Source: Candidatus Gastranaerophilales bacterium (GTDB lineage: Bacteria > Cyanobacteriota > Vampirovibrionia > Gastranaerophilales > Gastranaerophilaceae). Taken from it: 64,000 nt of DNA. How positions within the stretch are numbered: the first letter of the stretch is position 1; each line of letters begins with the position of its first letter. This document shows positions 53,859 to 63,590 of the stretch, in pieces. The notes beneath the pieces are model-generated. The model saw only the letters and a program-made list of their open reading frames with translations. It was not told where the DNA came from and searched no databases. The DNA is taken from NCBI GenBank assembly GCA_944322975.1, contig CALUQS010000038.1, forward strand, positions 190-64,189, read 5' to 3'. Both the position numbers and the translations under genes were made by a program.

Positions 53859-55138
53859 TATCTTTGCTCCAATGTTTCCTTAATTTTATCAATTTCCAGC
53901 ATATGATGCATTTTGTTAGCTTTAGTGCATAAATATTTATAATTATACTTTGTGCACTCTGAGTCTACGTGCACTCTTTCAGCTATTTCAAGACCGTATC
54001 CTTCCAGTCCTATAATCTTTTGAGGGTTGTTTGTAATAAGTTTAAACTTTTTAAAGCCTAAATCAAGCAATATCTGGGCGCCGTCGCCGTAATCACGTAA
54101 ATCAGAATTAAATCCGAGTGACAAATTTGCCTGAACTGTATCTTCGCCTTTATCTTGAAGCGCATAGGCTTTAATTTTATTAACTATACCTATTCCTCTG
54201 CCCTCGTGATTCATTAGATAAACAACAGCACCTTTACCGTATTCATCAATCATTTTCATAGAGTTTTGCAGCTGGCTGTTACAATCACACCTTAAGCTGT
54301 GGAATGTATCTCCGGTAAGGCATATACTATGCATCCTGACAAGCGGTATTTTGTCAGAGCCGTCATCTTTTAACAGGGCGACATGTTCCTGTCCTGTTAA
54401 CGCGTGTCTGTATCCTATGAGAGTAAAAGTACCGAAGGCTGTCGGCAAAGTTACCTGTGCCTCTCTAATCATAAGTTTTTCATTTTTAAGCCTATATGCA
54501 ATAAGCTGGGCAACCGTTATGAACTTAAGATTATGTTTGTCAGCAAATTTTCTTAAATCGTCACGTCTTGCCATAGAACCGTCTGCATTAACAATTTCGC
54601 AGCATACTCCGGCATCTTCCAGACCGGCTAATTTGCATAAATCAACACTGGCTTCTGTATGCCCTACCCTTTCTAAAACACCGCCCTGTTTTGCAATAAG
54701 CGGAAAAATATGTCCGGGTTGTCTGAAATCAGTGACTTTTGAAGTGTTTTGTGCAATTAATTTAAGCGTAACAGAACGGTCATAAGCCGAAACACCGGTT
54801 GTGACACCGTATTTTGGATCAGCGTCAATACTCTGGGTAAAAGCCGTCCCTTTGATATCAGTGTTATTTTTAACCATATAATCAAGCCCAAGCTTTTTGG
54901 CTCTTTCCGGACTTATAGGTGCACACAATACGCCTTTGGCCTCTGTTATCATAAAATTGACATTTTCAGGGGTGGCAAATTGCGCAGCGCAAATTAAATC
55001 ACCTTCATTTTCACGAGACTCATCATCAGCAATAACAATCATTTCGCCTTGTTTTATGGCTTCAATTGCTTCTTCTACTGTATCAAATTTGAAATCATAG
55101 GCAGAGTCTGATTTGTTTATATTTTCAGATAATAACAT
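53858..55138 (-). CDS. ribBA: Bifunctional 3,4-dihydroxy-2-butanone-4-phosphate synthase / GTP cyclohydrolase II
   Basis: 426 aa. DHBP synthase motifs (DDESRENEGDLI, GHTEASVDL) and GCH-II zinc motif (HSICLTGDTFHSLRCDC ... NHEGRGIG). Confidence 0.95.
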   Translation of the reverse strand: MLLSENINKSDSAYDFKFDTVEEAIEAIKQGEMIVIADDESRENEGDLICAAQFATPENVNFMITEAKGVLCAPISPERAKKLGLDYMVKNNTDIKGTAFTQSIDADPKYGVTTGVSAYDRSVTLKLIAQNTSKVTDFRQPGHIFPLIAKQGGVLERVGHTEASVDLCKLAGLEDAGVCCEIVNADGSMARRDDLRKFADKHNLKFITVAQLIAYRLKNEKLMIREAQVTLPTAFGTFTLIGYRHALTGQEHVALLKDDGSDKIPLVRMHSICLTGDTFHSLRCDCNSQLQNSMKMIDEYGKGAVVYLMNHEGRGIGIVNKIKAYALQDKGEDTVQANLSLGFNSDLRDYGDGAQILLDLGFKKFKLITNNPQKIIGLEGYGLEIAERVHVDSECTKYNYKYLCTKANKMHHMLEIDKIKETLEQR

Positions 55139-55792
55139 TTAAAGAAACCCGTTTCTTTCTAATAAATTCATATCAATGGTAGTGGCTATATTGTTATTAT
55201 TATCATTCGATAATAAATATTTTTCAACATATTTTGATATGATATCTGTTTCAAGATTAACCCTATCATTAATTTTTAGATATTTTAAATTTGTATTAGT
55301 TAAACTGTGAGGAATAACAGCAATTTTAAAACTGTTATTTATTATGTCCGCAACAGTTAAACTTACCCCGTTTATAGCTACAGAACCTTTTTTAACGATT
55401 TGAAAAGCGAGGGTATTATTGCACTCAAAGGTAAATATAGTTGTTTGTCCGTCTTTTTCTATGTTTTGTACAGTTGCGACACCGTCAATGTGTCCGCTAA
55501 CCATATGCCCGTCTAATCTGTCACAAAGCCGTAATGTTCTTTCCAAATTTACAATATCACCGGCCTTTAAGTCATTAAAGGTTGTTACGGATAAAGTCTC
55601 GCAGGAGGCAAAAACTTTAAATCCGTTTGGTAAAATCTGTGTAACAGTCTGGCATGCGCCGTTTATAGCGACACTATCTCCGATTTTTAAGCCGTCCAGT
55701 ACTTTGTCACATTGAACAGTGAGATAAAGAGAGTTGGATTCTTTATCTGCTTTTAAAATTTTTCCGGTTTCTTCTATAAGACCTGTAAACAT
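55139..55792 (-). CDS. ribE: Riboflavin synthase alpha chain
   Basis: Starts with the canonical MFTGLIEETG, followed by two lumazine-binding repeats (GDSVAINGACQTV / GSVAINGVSLTV). The tracked ORF start at 55855 adds 21 residues. Confidence 0.9.
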   Translation of the reverse strand: MFTGLIEETGKILKADKESNSLYLTVQCDKVLDGLKIGDSVAINGACQTVTQILPNGFKVFASCETLSVTTFNDLKAGDIVNLERTLRLCDRLDGHMVSGHIDGVATVQNIEKDGQTTIFTFECNNTLAFQIVKKGSVAINGVSLTVADIINNSFKIAVIPHSLTNTNLKYLKINDRVNLETDIISKYVEKYLLSNDNNNNIATTIDMNLLERNGFL

Positions 55793-55817
55793 ATTAATAA
55801 TGTAGCACAAACATATT

Positions 55818-57092
55818 TTATTTACCGTGTATGCGTTTATAAACATCTTTTGCAACTGCTTCGCCCATTGAAAAACACGATGATTGTATTCTTAATGCCG
55901 CCTGTGCCTGAAAATCGGCAGAAACAATTCTTCCTGCTATATACAAATTGTCGTACCCCGAGGCCATTAAACACTCTATCGGCAGTTCATAATCCACACT
56001 TGTCGGCATAAGTGTTGAGCCGTCTTTACTGTATGAATGTATATCAATAGGATAGTCCGCATGTAAGACAGGATTTTCGTAAGTTTGTCCGCTTAAAATA
56101 TCTTCTTTAGTATATATTTTTTTGCCTTCAACACGTCTGGATTCTCTTACACCAACCATATCAGCCATATTCGAGATATAAGATTTCTCAAACCCCGGAA
56201 AATACTTCTTTAAAAAGCAATAAAGGTGCCAAATCTGTTTTCTGGCAAGAGTTAGAGCCTTTGAACGCGCAAACGGGTCAAGCGGGTCAATATCTTTATC
56301 CAGCTGTATTCTCGGGCAATTTAGAGATATAGAGCCGGGCATACCTGGTATCGTAAATATCTGAAAATATGCAGTATCTGTTATATTAAGGTCACCGTTT
56401 TCAACCGCTTTATCAAAAACCGGTTTTAACCCCCAGTGTCTGTTGTTATCCCACGTACAAGCCGTAGACAAGTGAATTTCTCCGTCTACCTCACACACTG
56501 TTGTAACACTTCTGTCTGTATCAGTTTTTAATAGCCAATCAGCAAAAGTTTTCATATCAATATTAGAAATTTGAAAACGTAAAGTCATTGGCTGGCGTGA
56601 TTTTGGATTTATTAGCATATTATTTTTTAAAGCTTTTGAAAAATTTCCGTCGCCTGTCGCGTCTACAAAATAAATCGATTCGACATATAATGATAACATT
56701 TTTGAGATAACAGAAATTTTATTTACGGTTCTGCCCTCCGTAAAAGCGTCTAAAATTTCAGTATTATACAATATGTCACATTTTACTCTTTCCAGCATGC
56801 TGTCGAGCGCCAGTTTGGAAAGTTCAGGGTTAAACCAGCCTGGATTTCCGTCGCAGTATGTGATTTGACCGTTAAATTTCTTTAGTTCATCAATAAAATC
56901 ATTATAAAATTCACAATTTATATTTCTTGTGTTAGATTTCATAACTGGCATAACAAGCGCAGAAGTCATTGTCCCGCCCAGATGAATCCTTTTTTCTATA
57001 ACAAGCGTTTTTAATCCGTACTTTGCACCTATATAAGCGGCAGCAACCCCTGCCGTGCCGCCGCCGCAAATCGTTAAATCATATTTTTCCAT
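55818..57092 (-). CDS. FAD-dependent oxidoreductase (FAD_oxidored / GidA-like dinucleotide fold)
   Basis: 424 aa with the N-terminal motif DLTICGGGTAGVAAAYIGAKYGLKTLVIEK. Confidence 0.7.
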   Translation of the reverse strand: MEKYDLTICGGGTAGVAAAYIGAKYGLKTLVIEKRIHLGGTMTSALVMPVMKSNTRNINCEFYNDFIDELKKFNGQITYCDGNPGWFNPELSKLALDSMLERVKCDILYNTEILDAFTEGRTVNKISVISKMLSLYVESIYFVDATGDGNFSKALKNNMLINPKSRQPMTLRFQISNIDMKTFADWLLKTDTDRSVTTVCEVDGEIHLSTACTWDNNRHWGLKPVFDKAVENGDLNITDTAYFQIFTIPGMPGSISLNCPRIQLDKDIDPLDPFARSKALTLARKQIWHLYCFLKKYFPGFEKSYISNMADMVGVRESRRVEGKKIYTKEDILSGQTYENPVLHADYPIDIHSYSKDGSTLMPTSVDYELPIECLMASGYDNLYIAGRIVSADFQAQAALRIQSSCFSMGEAVAKDVYKRIHGK

Positions 57093-58173
57093 TGTTATGC
57101 TCCGATTTATATTTTTTTATAAATTGACTGGATGATTGAAGTGATGAAGTCATTTTTTCTTTGCAATATCGTTCTATTATTTCTTGCACTGTAGAATTCA
57201 AATTTTTATCTCTGTAGTATATACCAGCTTTGGTCTGCATTAAGCCAATGTCGTAATCATCCAAAGGGTTCTTAATTAAATTTTTATTTCGTGATGCAAT
57301 CGTACCGCAGTGTCTGTTATCTTTATCAAAGAGTTTACCTGCAGAATAACCGGCGGCACTCATAGCATGTCTTATTGCAACAGAATTTGAATATGTAACA
57401 AGAATACAGTCTTTTGCAGAAAGTCTGTATAGTTCTTTAAAAAACTCATAAGACCACAAAGTAGGGAGCTTAGCAGGAGTAAATGCATCTAAAAAGATAA
57501 TATCATATTGTGTATTCAACGCCTTAATTGTTGTTCTTGCATCATCAAAATACGGCCTAATTATAAAATCATTGATTTTAAAGCGATTATAAGGTTTTTT
57601 AATGCGCTGCGATATACAGTGATAATATATATTATGTAAAAACGCATTATTTTGTTTATAATGGTAATAAGTATACCCCAGTAAATGATATTTTTGAATT
57701 AAACGCCTGTAAAACGGTTCAAAAAATTTCGAATATTGAGCATTTGACACAAGTAACTGTAACAATGATTTATTATGATAAATTTCATTAATTAACGAAG
57801 AAGTTAAGATATAAGAAATCTCAGGGAAAGATTTAAACAAGCTATCTTTTATAAAAGGTGAAATTGTTACAAGGTTTTTATCGTATTCAAGAATATCTAT
57901 ATGAACTTTTCCCTGATAATTAGTTTGTAATATTTTTTTTAATAAAACTTTTGTGTTATACCCTATTCCATAGCAGATATCTAGAACCTTCAGGTTATCT
58001 TTATTGTAAAAGTTATTCATAAAATCCAGCGGTGCAACAAACTTGCCCTCCGCCTCACTTTTTGCACCGAATATAGAGTGATAAATATCACCGACATCGT
58101 TATTATACAGTCCTACAGATTTATCGTCCGTAAAAACAAATTTTAAATATGAGCCTACATTTTCATTGCACAT
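57079..58173 (-). CDS. MnmC-like SAM-dependent methyltransferase domain protein (DUF752-type)
   Basis: 364 aa. DIIFLDAFTPAKLPTLWSYEFFKELYRL matches the D(A/G)F(A/S)PxxNPxxW signature of the MnmC methyltransferase domain. Confidence 0.65.
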   Translation of the reverse strand: MCNENVGSYLKFVFTDDKSVGLYNNDVGDIYHSIFGAKSEAEGKFVAPLDFMNNFYNKDNLKVLDICYGIGYNTKVLLKKILQTNYQGKVHIDILEYDKNLVTISPFIKDSLFKSFPEISYILTSSLINEIYHNKSLLQLLVSNAQYSKFFEPFYRRLIQKYHLLGYTYYHYKQNNAFLHNIYYHCISQRIKKPYNRFKINDFIIRPYFDDARTTIKALNTQYDIIFLDAFTPAKLPTLWSYEFFKELYRLSAKDCILVTYSNSVAIRHAMSAAGYSAGKLFDKDNRHCGTIASRNKNLIKNPLDDYDIGLMQTKAGIYYRDKNLNSTVQEIIERYCKEKMTSSLQSSSQFIKKYKSEHNNGKI

Positions 58174-58467
58174 ATTTATATTATAAATTCCTGATTACAC
58201 AATTCATAATTGTTAAGTTTGTTATCGTTATATAACGTTACGATATACAATGATAAAACAAAAATCAATTGATTAGTTTTATCAATATATATCGACTAGT
58301 CATAAATAAGTCTTTTTGAATTTATCATTATATATCGATAAGTAATAAAATGTTTTCAAGTTTTAAGATTAAAAATTATGATACTCAAAAATTTTTTATG
58401 GTGATGTAGTTTTAATGAGATTTAATTATATTTTAATTAGAAAATTCATGTGTGAGAGGAATTTGTT

Positions 58468-59130
58468 ATGAAATCAATATCACTTCTTATGGTTGAAGAC
58501 CATAAGTTACTTAGAGTTGGTCTAAAATCGCTTTTTAATGAAACACCTGATATAAACGTTATAGCAGAGGCACAATGCGGAAAAGAGGCAATAGATAAGG
58601 CAAAGCTTACAAAGCCTGATGTTATACTAATGGATATCGGGCTGGGAGATATATCAGGTATAGAAGCAACAAGAAGGATACTCGCGAATAACCCTGAACA
58701 AAAAGTTGTTATGTTAACATCACATATAAACGAAAAAGAAGTCATGGATTCGCTCAGTGCAGGCGCTTACGCCTATGTAATAAAAGATATTAATACTGAA
58801 ATCCTTCTTATGGTTATAAAAACAGTCAACGACGGGGCAATGTGGTTAGACCCGCAAATTGTGCCGCTTATCAGAGACAAATCATCCTGTTTTATCCCTC
58901 AAAAACAAACGTCACGCGCAGCTTTCAGGGCACAGCACGGCAACCTGACAGAAAGAGAATATGAAGTGCTTAAGCTTGTTGTAGACGGACAGTCAAATGC
59001 AGAAATAGCCAATACACTGACAATAAGCGAGCATACAGCAAAAGCGCACGTCTGTAATATTATACAGAAACTTGTTGTTGATGACAGAACCCAAGCAGCT
59101 GTAAAGGCAATAAAAGAGGGGTTAGTTTGA
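58468..59130 (+). CDS. NarL/LuxR-family response regulator
   Basis: REC motifs (LLMVEDH, DVILMDIGL, VVMLTSH) plus a C-terminal LuxR HTH (LTEREYEVLKLVVDGQSNAEIANTLTISEHTAKAHVCNIIQKL). Confidence 0.9.
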   Translation: MKSISLLMVEDHKLLRVGLKSLFNETPDINVIAEAQCGKEAIDKAKLTKPDVILMDIGLGDISGIEATRRILANNPEQKVVMLTSHINEKEVMDSLSAGAYAYVIKDINTEILLMVIKTVNDGAMWLDPQIVPLIRDKSSCFIPQKQTSRAAFRAQHGNLTEREYEVLKLVVDGQSNAEIANTLTISEHTAKAHVCNIIQKLVVDDRTQAAVKAIKEGLV

Positions 59131-60096
59131 TAATTTATTTATTAAATTATTTAACACATCAACAGCATCAGATTGTATTGCAAAATCAGCAATGTTCATA
59201 ATTGGTGCATTGTTATCAGTATTTATTGCAACTATCTTTTGAGCGTTATTTATACCGGATATGTGCTGCAGCGCGCCTGATATGCCTAAAGCAATGTAAA
59301 GTTTCGGTGCTACTGATTTACCTGTTTGTCCTACCTGTATGTCATGCGACGCCCAGCCTAATTCAACAGCAGCTCTTGAGGCTGCGGGTTTAGCTCCGAT
59401 TAGGTCAGAAAACTTATATATAAGTCCAAAATTTTCTTTTGATTTTAGCCCCAATCCACCTGCAACTATGATTTCTGATTCTGTCCAATCTTCTTTTGGT
59501 TCTTTTATCTCTGTCTTAAGGACTTCAAGCTGGCTTAAAAAAAGGTTTAGGCAAGACATTTCAGGTGTGTAAAAACACACTTCAGTATTATTTACATCAA
59601 ACTGCTTATGTTTAAATGCTCCCTGCCTTACTGTAGCAAAGTTTGGAGTAGTTTTAGAAATAATAGTTGCCATCATTTTTCCGCCATATGTAGGACGTGT
59701 GGCAAGAAGATTACTGTTTTCATCAAGCTGAAGGTCTGTACAGTCAGCAGTAAGACCTATCTCAAGTTTTGAAGCTATTCTCGGTGCAAGTTCACGTCCG
59801 TTAGCTGTTGCCCCCATAAGAAAAACTGACGGTTTAATATCGTTTATTAATTGTGATAAGACGTCACAATATGCCGATACATTAAATTTTTTAAGTAATG
59901 GGTTTTGGATAACAAACAACTTATCCAGCCCGGCATTTTTAAATTGTTCCAAAATAGTTGTAATCTCGTCAGTTACAACAACACCGCATATCTCATTGTC
60001 CTTGAAACACTGTCTGGCATGGGCAATAATCTCTTTTGATACTTTTTCTATTGTATTGTTGTTAGTTTCAATATAAACAAGTGTGTTAAACTTCAT
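59122..60096 (-). CDS. etfA: Electron transfer flavoprotein alpha subunit
   Basis: 324 aa. The C-terminal FAD-binding block VGQTGKSVAPKLYIALGISGALQHISG is diagnostic. Confidence 0.9.
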   Translation of the reverse strand: MKFNTLVYIETNNNTIEKVSKEIIAHARQCFKDNEICGVVVTDEITTILEQFKNAGLDKLFVIQNPLLKKFNVSAYCDVLSQLINDIKPSVFLMGATANGRELAPRIASKLEIGLTADCTDLQLDENSNLLATRPTYGGKMMATIISKTTPNFATVRQGAFKHKQFDVNNTEVCFYTPEMSCLNLFLSQLEVLKTEIKEPKEDWTESEIIVAGGLGLKSKENFGLIYKFSDLIGAKPAASRAAVELGWASHDIQVGQTGKSVAPKLYIALGISGALQHISGINNAQKIVAINTDNNAPIMNIADFAIQSDAVDVLNNLINKLSN

Positions 60097-60889
60097 CTTG
60101 TTCCTTACATTTGTTAATTAATTTTATAATATAGTCAGAAATTTGTCCGTTATTTTCAAAGCTTAATCGCTCTGTAGCACGGGTTATTTCAGGCCTAAAA
60201 GCCTTTTTTACCTGTGTAGGCGAACCTGCAAAACCTGTTTTTGTGATATCAGCCTCAATATCAGCTGCACTTAATACAGTTATATCAGTAGTTTGAGCTT
60301 TGATATATCCGTTGATATCCGGTAAAATCTCAGCATTGTTAATATTTACGGAAATAAGTGCAGGGTGATATATTTTAATGTTTTGTGTAACCTCGGGAGT
60401 TTCTTTTTGCCACAACGAATACTCTTTATTGATTTCAATAAGTTCTTTTACGCTTGTTATTTGAGCAATATTCAGTTTTTGAGCCAAACTTGACGGTGTT
60501 TGCGCCGTATCACCGTCAACAGCCTGATAACCGCTCAAAATCAAGTCAAAATCATTTGCTTCGGTTTTTATAAACTGAGACAAAACATAAGCGGTTGCAA
60601 GTGTGTCAGAACCTGCAAATTTTTTGTCACAAAGCAGATACCCGTTATCACAACCCATTGCAATAGCCTCTTTCAAAGCTGCTTTTGCCTGAAGCGGGCC
60701 CATTGTAACTGCTGTAATTTTGCAGTCTTCTAACAATAATCTGATTTTTTTAGCAAGCTGTATAGCACCAATATCATATGGATTTATAACAGATTCAAGG
60801 CCTTCACGTTGTATTGTATTCTGCTCAGTCCAGCGGATATCATCTGTATCCGGTACTTGTTTGATAAATACAATTATTTTAAAACTCAT
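60086..60889 (-). CDS. etfB: Electron transfer flavoprotein beta subunit
   Basis: 267 aa. IVFIKQVPDT... N-terminus and DLILSGYQAVDGDTAQTPSSLAQKLN block. It overlaps etfA by 11 nt. Confidence 0.9.
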   Translation of the reverse strand: MSFKIIVFIKQVPDTDDIRWTEQNTIQREGLESVINPYDIGAIQLAKKIRLLLEDCKITAVTMGPLQAKAALKEAIAMGCDNGYLLCDKKFAGSDTLATAYVLSQFIKTEANDFDLILSGYQAVDGDTAQTPSSLAQKLNIAQITSVKELIEINKEYSLWQKETPEVTQNIKIYHPALISVNINNAEILPDINGYIKAQTTDITVLSAADIEADITKTGFAGSPTQVKKAFRPEITRATERLSFENNGQISDYIIKLINKCKEQDEV

Positions 60890-61744
60890 CTATAATATAT
60901 CCAATCCTAAATCAATAACAGGCGCCTGTGCGACAATTGCACTGGTTGATATAACATCTACTCCGCATGAGGCTATTTCATTTATTGTATTTATTTTAAC
61001 ATTTCCGCTGGCTTCGACAATAGCTCTTTTGTTGATAAAATCTACACATTTTTTCATTTCATCGACAGGCATATTATCGAGCATTACAATATCACAGCCT
61101 GAATTTATTGCCTCTTGAACCTGTTCAAAATTGTCGCATTCAACTTCAATTTTATGAGCATGGGATAAATTTTCTTTTACTAATTCAATAGCTCTGGTTA
61201 CAGAACCGGCATGCCGGATATGATTATCTTTAATCATGACGCAGTCAGAGAGATTAAACCTGTGAAGTCTTGCTCCGCCGACCATTACAGCGTATTTTTC
61301 AAACCTTCGAAAGCAGGGAGTGTTTTTGCGGGTATCTGTAACTTTTACGTTATACGGAAAAATAGCATCCTGAAACTTTTTTGTTTGTGTTGCTATACCT
61401 GACATTCTCTGCACATAATTAAGAGCTGTTCTTTCCCCTGTCAAAACAGCCCTTGCTGGTCCCTTTATTTCTGCCAGAGTTGTCCCCTTTTTAATGTAAT
61501 CTCCGTCATTATAGAAAGCTTTTACAATAACTTTATCTGATAAAACAGAAAAAACTTTTTTAAATACGTCAATACCGCATAAGATTGTATCTTCTCTTGT
61601 GTTGAGCTGTGCAGTAATCACGTCTGACTCATCATACAAAAAGTCAGTAGTAATATCCCCAAAGCCTATATCTTCTTTGAGGGCATTTTTAATATGCTCT
61701 TCAACAATAAAATCATGCAATAATTTTTGTGTCATGGCTTTCAT
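60890..61744 (-). CDS. nadC: Nicotinate-nucleotide pyrophosphorylase (carboxylating)
   Basis: 284 aa with TRKT, LSDCVMIKDNHI, IEVECDN and MLDNM blocks. Confidence 0.9.
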   Translation of the reverse strand: MKAMTQKLLHDFIVEEHIKNALKEDIGFGDITTDFLYDESDVITAQLNTREDTILCGIDVFKKVFSVLSDKVIVKAFYNDGDYIKKGTTLAEIKGPARAVLTGERTALNYVQRMSGIATQTKKFQDAIFPYNVKVTDTRKNTPCFRRFEKYAVMVGGARLHRFNLSDCVMIKDNHIRHAGSVTRAIELVKENLSHAHKIEVECDNFEQVQEAINSGCDIVMLDNMPVDEMKKCVDFINKRAIVEASGNVKINTINEIASCGVDVISTSAIVAQAPVIDLGLDIL

Positions 61745-63365
61745 CCTTAGATCTGTTAACAGAATTAACTGATTCAGTCAATTCCGCTGCTTGTGTATAA
61801 TTGTTGGAATCAGCTCTATAGTGGGCACCTATAGATTCTTTTCTGTTGAGTGCGGAATTAATAATGCATTTTGCTACAATCACCATGTTCCTGAGTTCGT
61901 ATTCATCCAGTGAAGAGCATTTGTATTTATTAATGAATTGCTGTTCTATTTTATTGACTTCAGACAACGCTGATAAAAGAGAATTTTCTGTACGAATTAT
62001 ACCTACATTTTCCCACATAATATTTTTAATTTTTGCTTTGAGGTCTGAAATGTTATTTTCATTTATACTGTAACTATCGTTATCAGTGTATTTTTTGATG
62101 GTATTTAGAACAGTTTCGTCTATAATTTTTGAGCTCTGTAAATTTTGTTTAGACACTGTATTTACAAGTTCATAGGCACAAACCACACATTCTAAAAGCG
62201 AATTACTTGCCAGTCTGTTTGCGCCGTGCAATGAGGTGCAGGCAGTTTCACCTATTGCATAAAGATTATTTACAGAAGTTTTTCCGTTTACGTCAGTTTT
62301 AATTCCGCCCATGCAATAGTGTGCTGCCGGTGAGACAGGGATTAAATCTTTGGTTATGTCTATATTGTTTTCAAGACAGGTTTTGTAAATATTAGGAAAT
62401 CTATGTTTAAATCTTTCAACGCCAATAAAAGATGCGTCTAAAAATACTTTATTTCCTTTGGCTAGCTGGTCGTATATCTCTCTTGCAACAACATCTCTGG
62501 GCGCTAAGTCCTTTTGAGGATGATTTTGCATAAAGTATTCACCGTTTTGGTTTACAAGTTTTGCGCCTTCACCCCTTACAGATTCAGAAATCAAAAATCT
62601 TGAATCACTGTTTTCCAGCGACAGTGCCGTAGGATGGAACTGAATAAATTCCATATCTTTAATTTCAGCCCCGGCTTTAATTCCGAGAGCAAGACCGTCA
62701 GCTGTTGTTACAGACGGGTTTGTTGTGTATTTATAAATTTGACCGGCACCGCCTGTAGCCAATACAGTAACAGGTGCATAAAGGGCCTCATATTCTTTTG
62801 TTGCTGTATTAAAGGCAATAAGTCCGCGACAACTGTCATTAGCGTCAATTAACAATTCAACGGCAAGAGTTTGCTCGTAAATTGTTATATTGGATGAAAC
62901 ACTGTTGTCATTAGTAATCTTGTCAACAAGAGCTTTTTCTATTCCATAGCCCGTTGCATCCCCTCCGACATGGAGTATTCTTCTGACACTGTGCGCGCCT
63001 TCCAGAGTAAAATTAAGCTGCTTTTGTTCGTTTCTGTCAAAATCCACACCGCATGCCATTAAATCTTTGATGGCATGCTGACTGTTTTCAGAGATAAATT
63101 TGACTACATTAAAATCGGATAGTCCGCAGCCTGCTTTTATTGTATCAGCTACATGCAAGCTTATTGAATCCTGTTTGTTTTCGTCTAATACTCCGACAAT
63201 ACCGCCTTGAGCGTATCTTGAATTACATTCAGATAAATTTGACTTAGTTAACAAAAGGATTCCGTCCGGGACTTTTGCCATTTGTGCAAGTTTTATAGCT
63301 GCATATAAACCGGCTATGCCACTACCAACAATTATTACTGAATATGTAGAATGTTTCATCGGCAT
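61713..63365 (-). CDS. nadB: L-aspartate oxidase
   Basis: 550 aa. VIIVGSGIAGLYAA, AQGGI, HPTAL, and the RGEGAKL and LHGANRLASNSLLE blocks. Confidence 0.9.
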   Translation of the reverse strand: MPMKHSTYSVIIVGSGIAGLYAAIKLAQMAKVPDGILLLTKSNLSECNSRYAQGGIVGVLDENKQDSISLHVADTIKAGCGLSDFNVVKFISENSQHAIKDLMACGVDFDRNEQKQLNFTLEGAHSVRRILHVGGDATGYGIEKALVDKITNDNSVSSNITIYEQTLAVELLIDANDSCRGLIAFNTATKEYEALYAPVTVLATGGAGQIYKYTTNPSVTTADGLALGIKAGAEIKDMEFIQFHPTALSLENSDSRFLISESVRGEGAKLVNQNGEYFMQNHPQKDLAPRDVVAREIYDQLAKGNKVFLDASFIGVERFKHRFPNIYKTCLENNIDITKDLIPVSPAAHYCMGGIKTDVNGKTSVNNLYAIGETACTSLHGANRLASNSLLECVVCAYELVNTVSKQNLQSSKIIDETVLNTIKKYTDNDSYSINENNISDLKAKIKNIMWENVGIIRTENSLLSALSEVNKIEQQFINKYKCSSLDEYELRNMVIVAKCIINSALNRKESIGAHYRADSNNYTQAAELTESVNSVNRSKDESHDTKIIA

Positions 63366-63590
63366 AATTTATCCCCTTTAATTGAATTTTAATATAAAAA
63401 GTTAAATTTTACTACTAATCTTATAGGGGATATGTATACAAGTTTACCCTAAATAGGTCAAAACGTTTAACAATATTCGGTTTTAGCCTATTTTTTATCT
63501 TTTCCGCACCTAGGCAAATTTTTCCTTTTCATTTTCTTAAGTCATCTAGGTACCTAACAGTTTACACAAAGAAAACGAAAGGAAGAAAAA

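Noticed and set aside
55793-55817. FMN riboswitch expected upstream of ribE/ribBA.
   Set aside because: The gap is only 25 nt, and the larger upstream region 58174..58467 shows none of the conserved G+C-rich RFN helices by eye. This needs a covariance-model scan to be definitive.
10185-55855. N-terminal extensions in tracked ORFs: ADH to 11345, RNase HIII to 17810, 5'-nucleotidase to 23159, CopG to 24954, Hsp20-like to 25753, NTase to 26613, lipoprotein to 35408, rarA from 35314, protease from 44842, Gly-rich to 47351, ribE to 55855.
   Set aside because: In each case an internal ATG preceded by a good SD gives the canonical family N-terminus or a proper signal peptide. The extensions are hydrophobic or AT-driven junk, or they overlap the neighbouring gene.
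298-61118. Other long shadow ORFs: 298..537, 2927..3256, 8368..8727, 9248..9664, 13837..14259, 19258..19626, 33409..33798, 39664..40071, 47002..47322, 52960..53307, 54351..54785, 58446..58745, 60720..61118.
   Set aside because: Each lies entirely antisense to or out of frame within a CDS that has clear family motifs. None has a convincing SD or any motif of its own.
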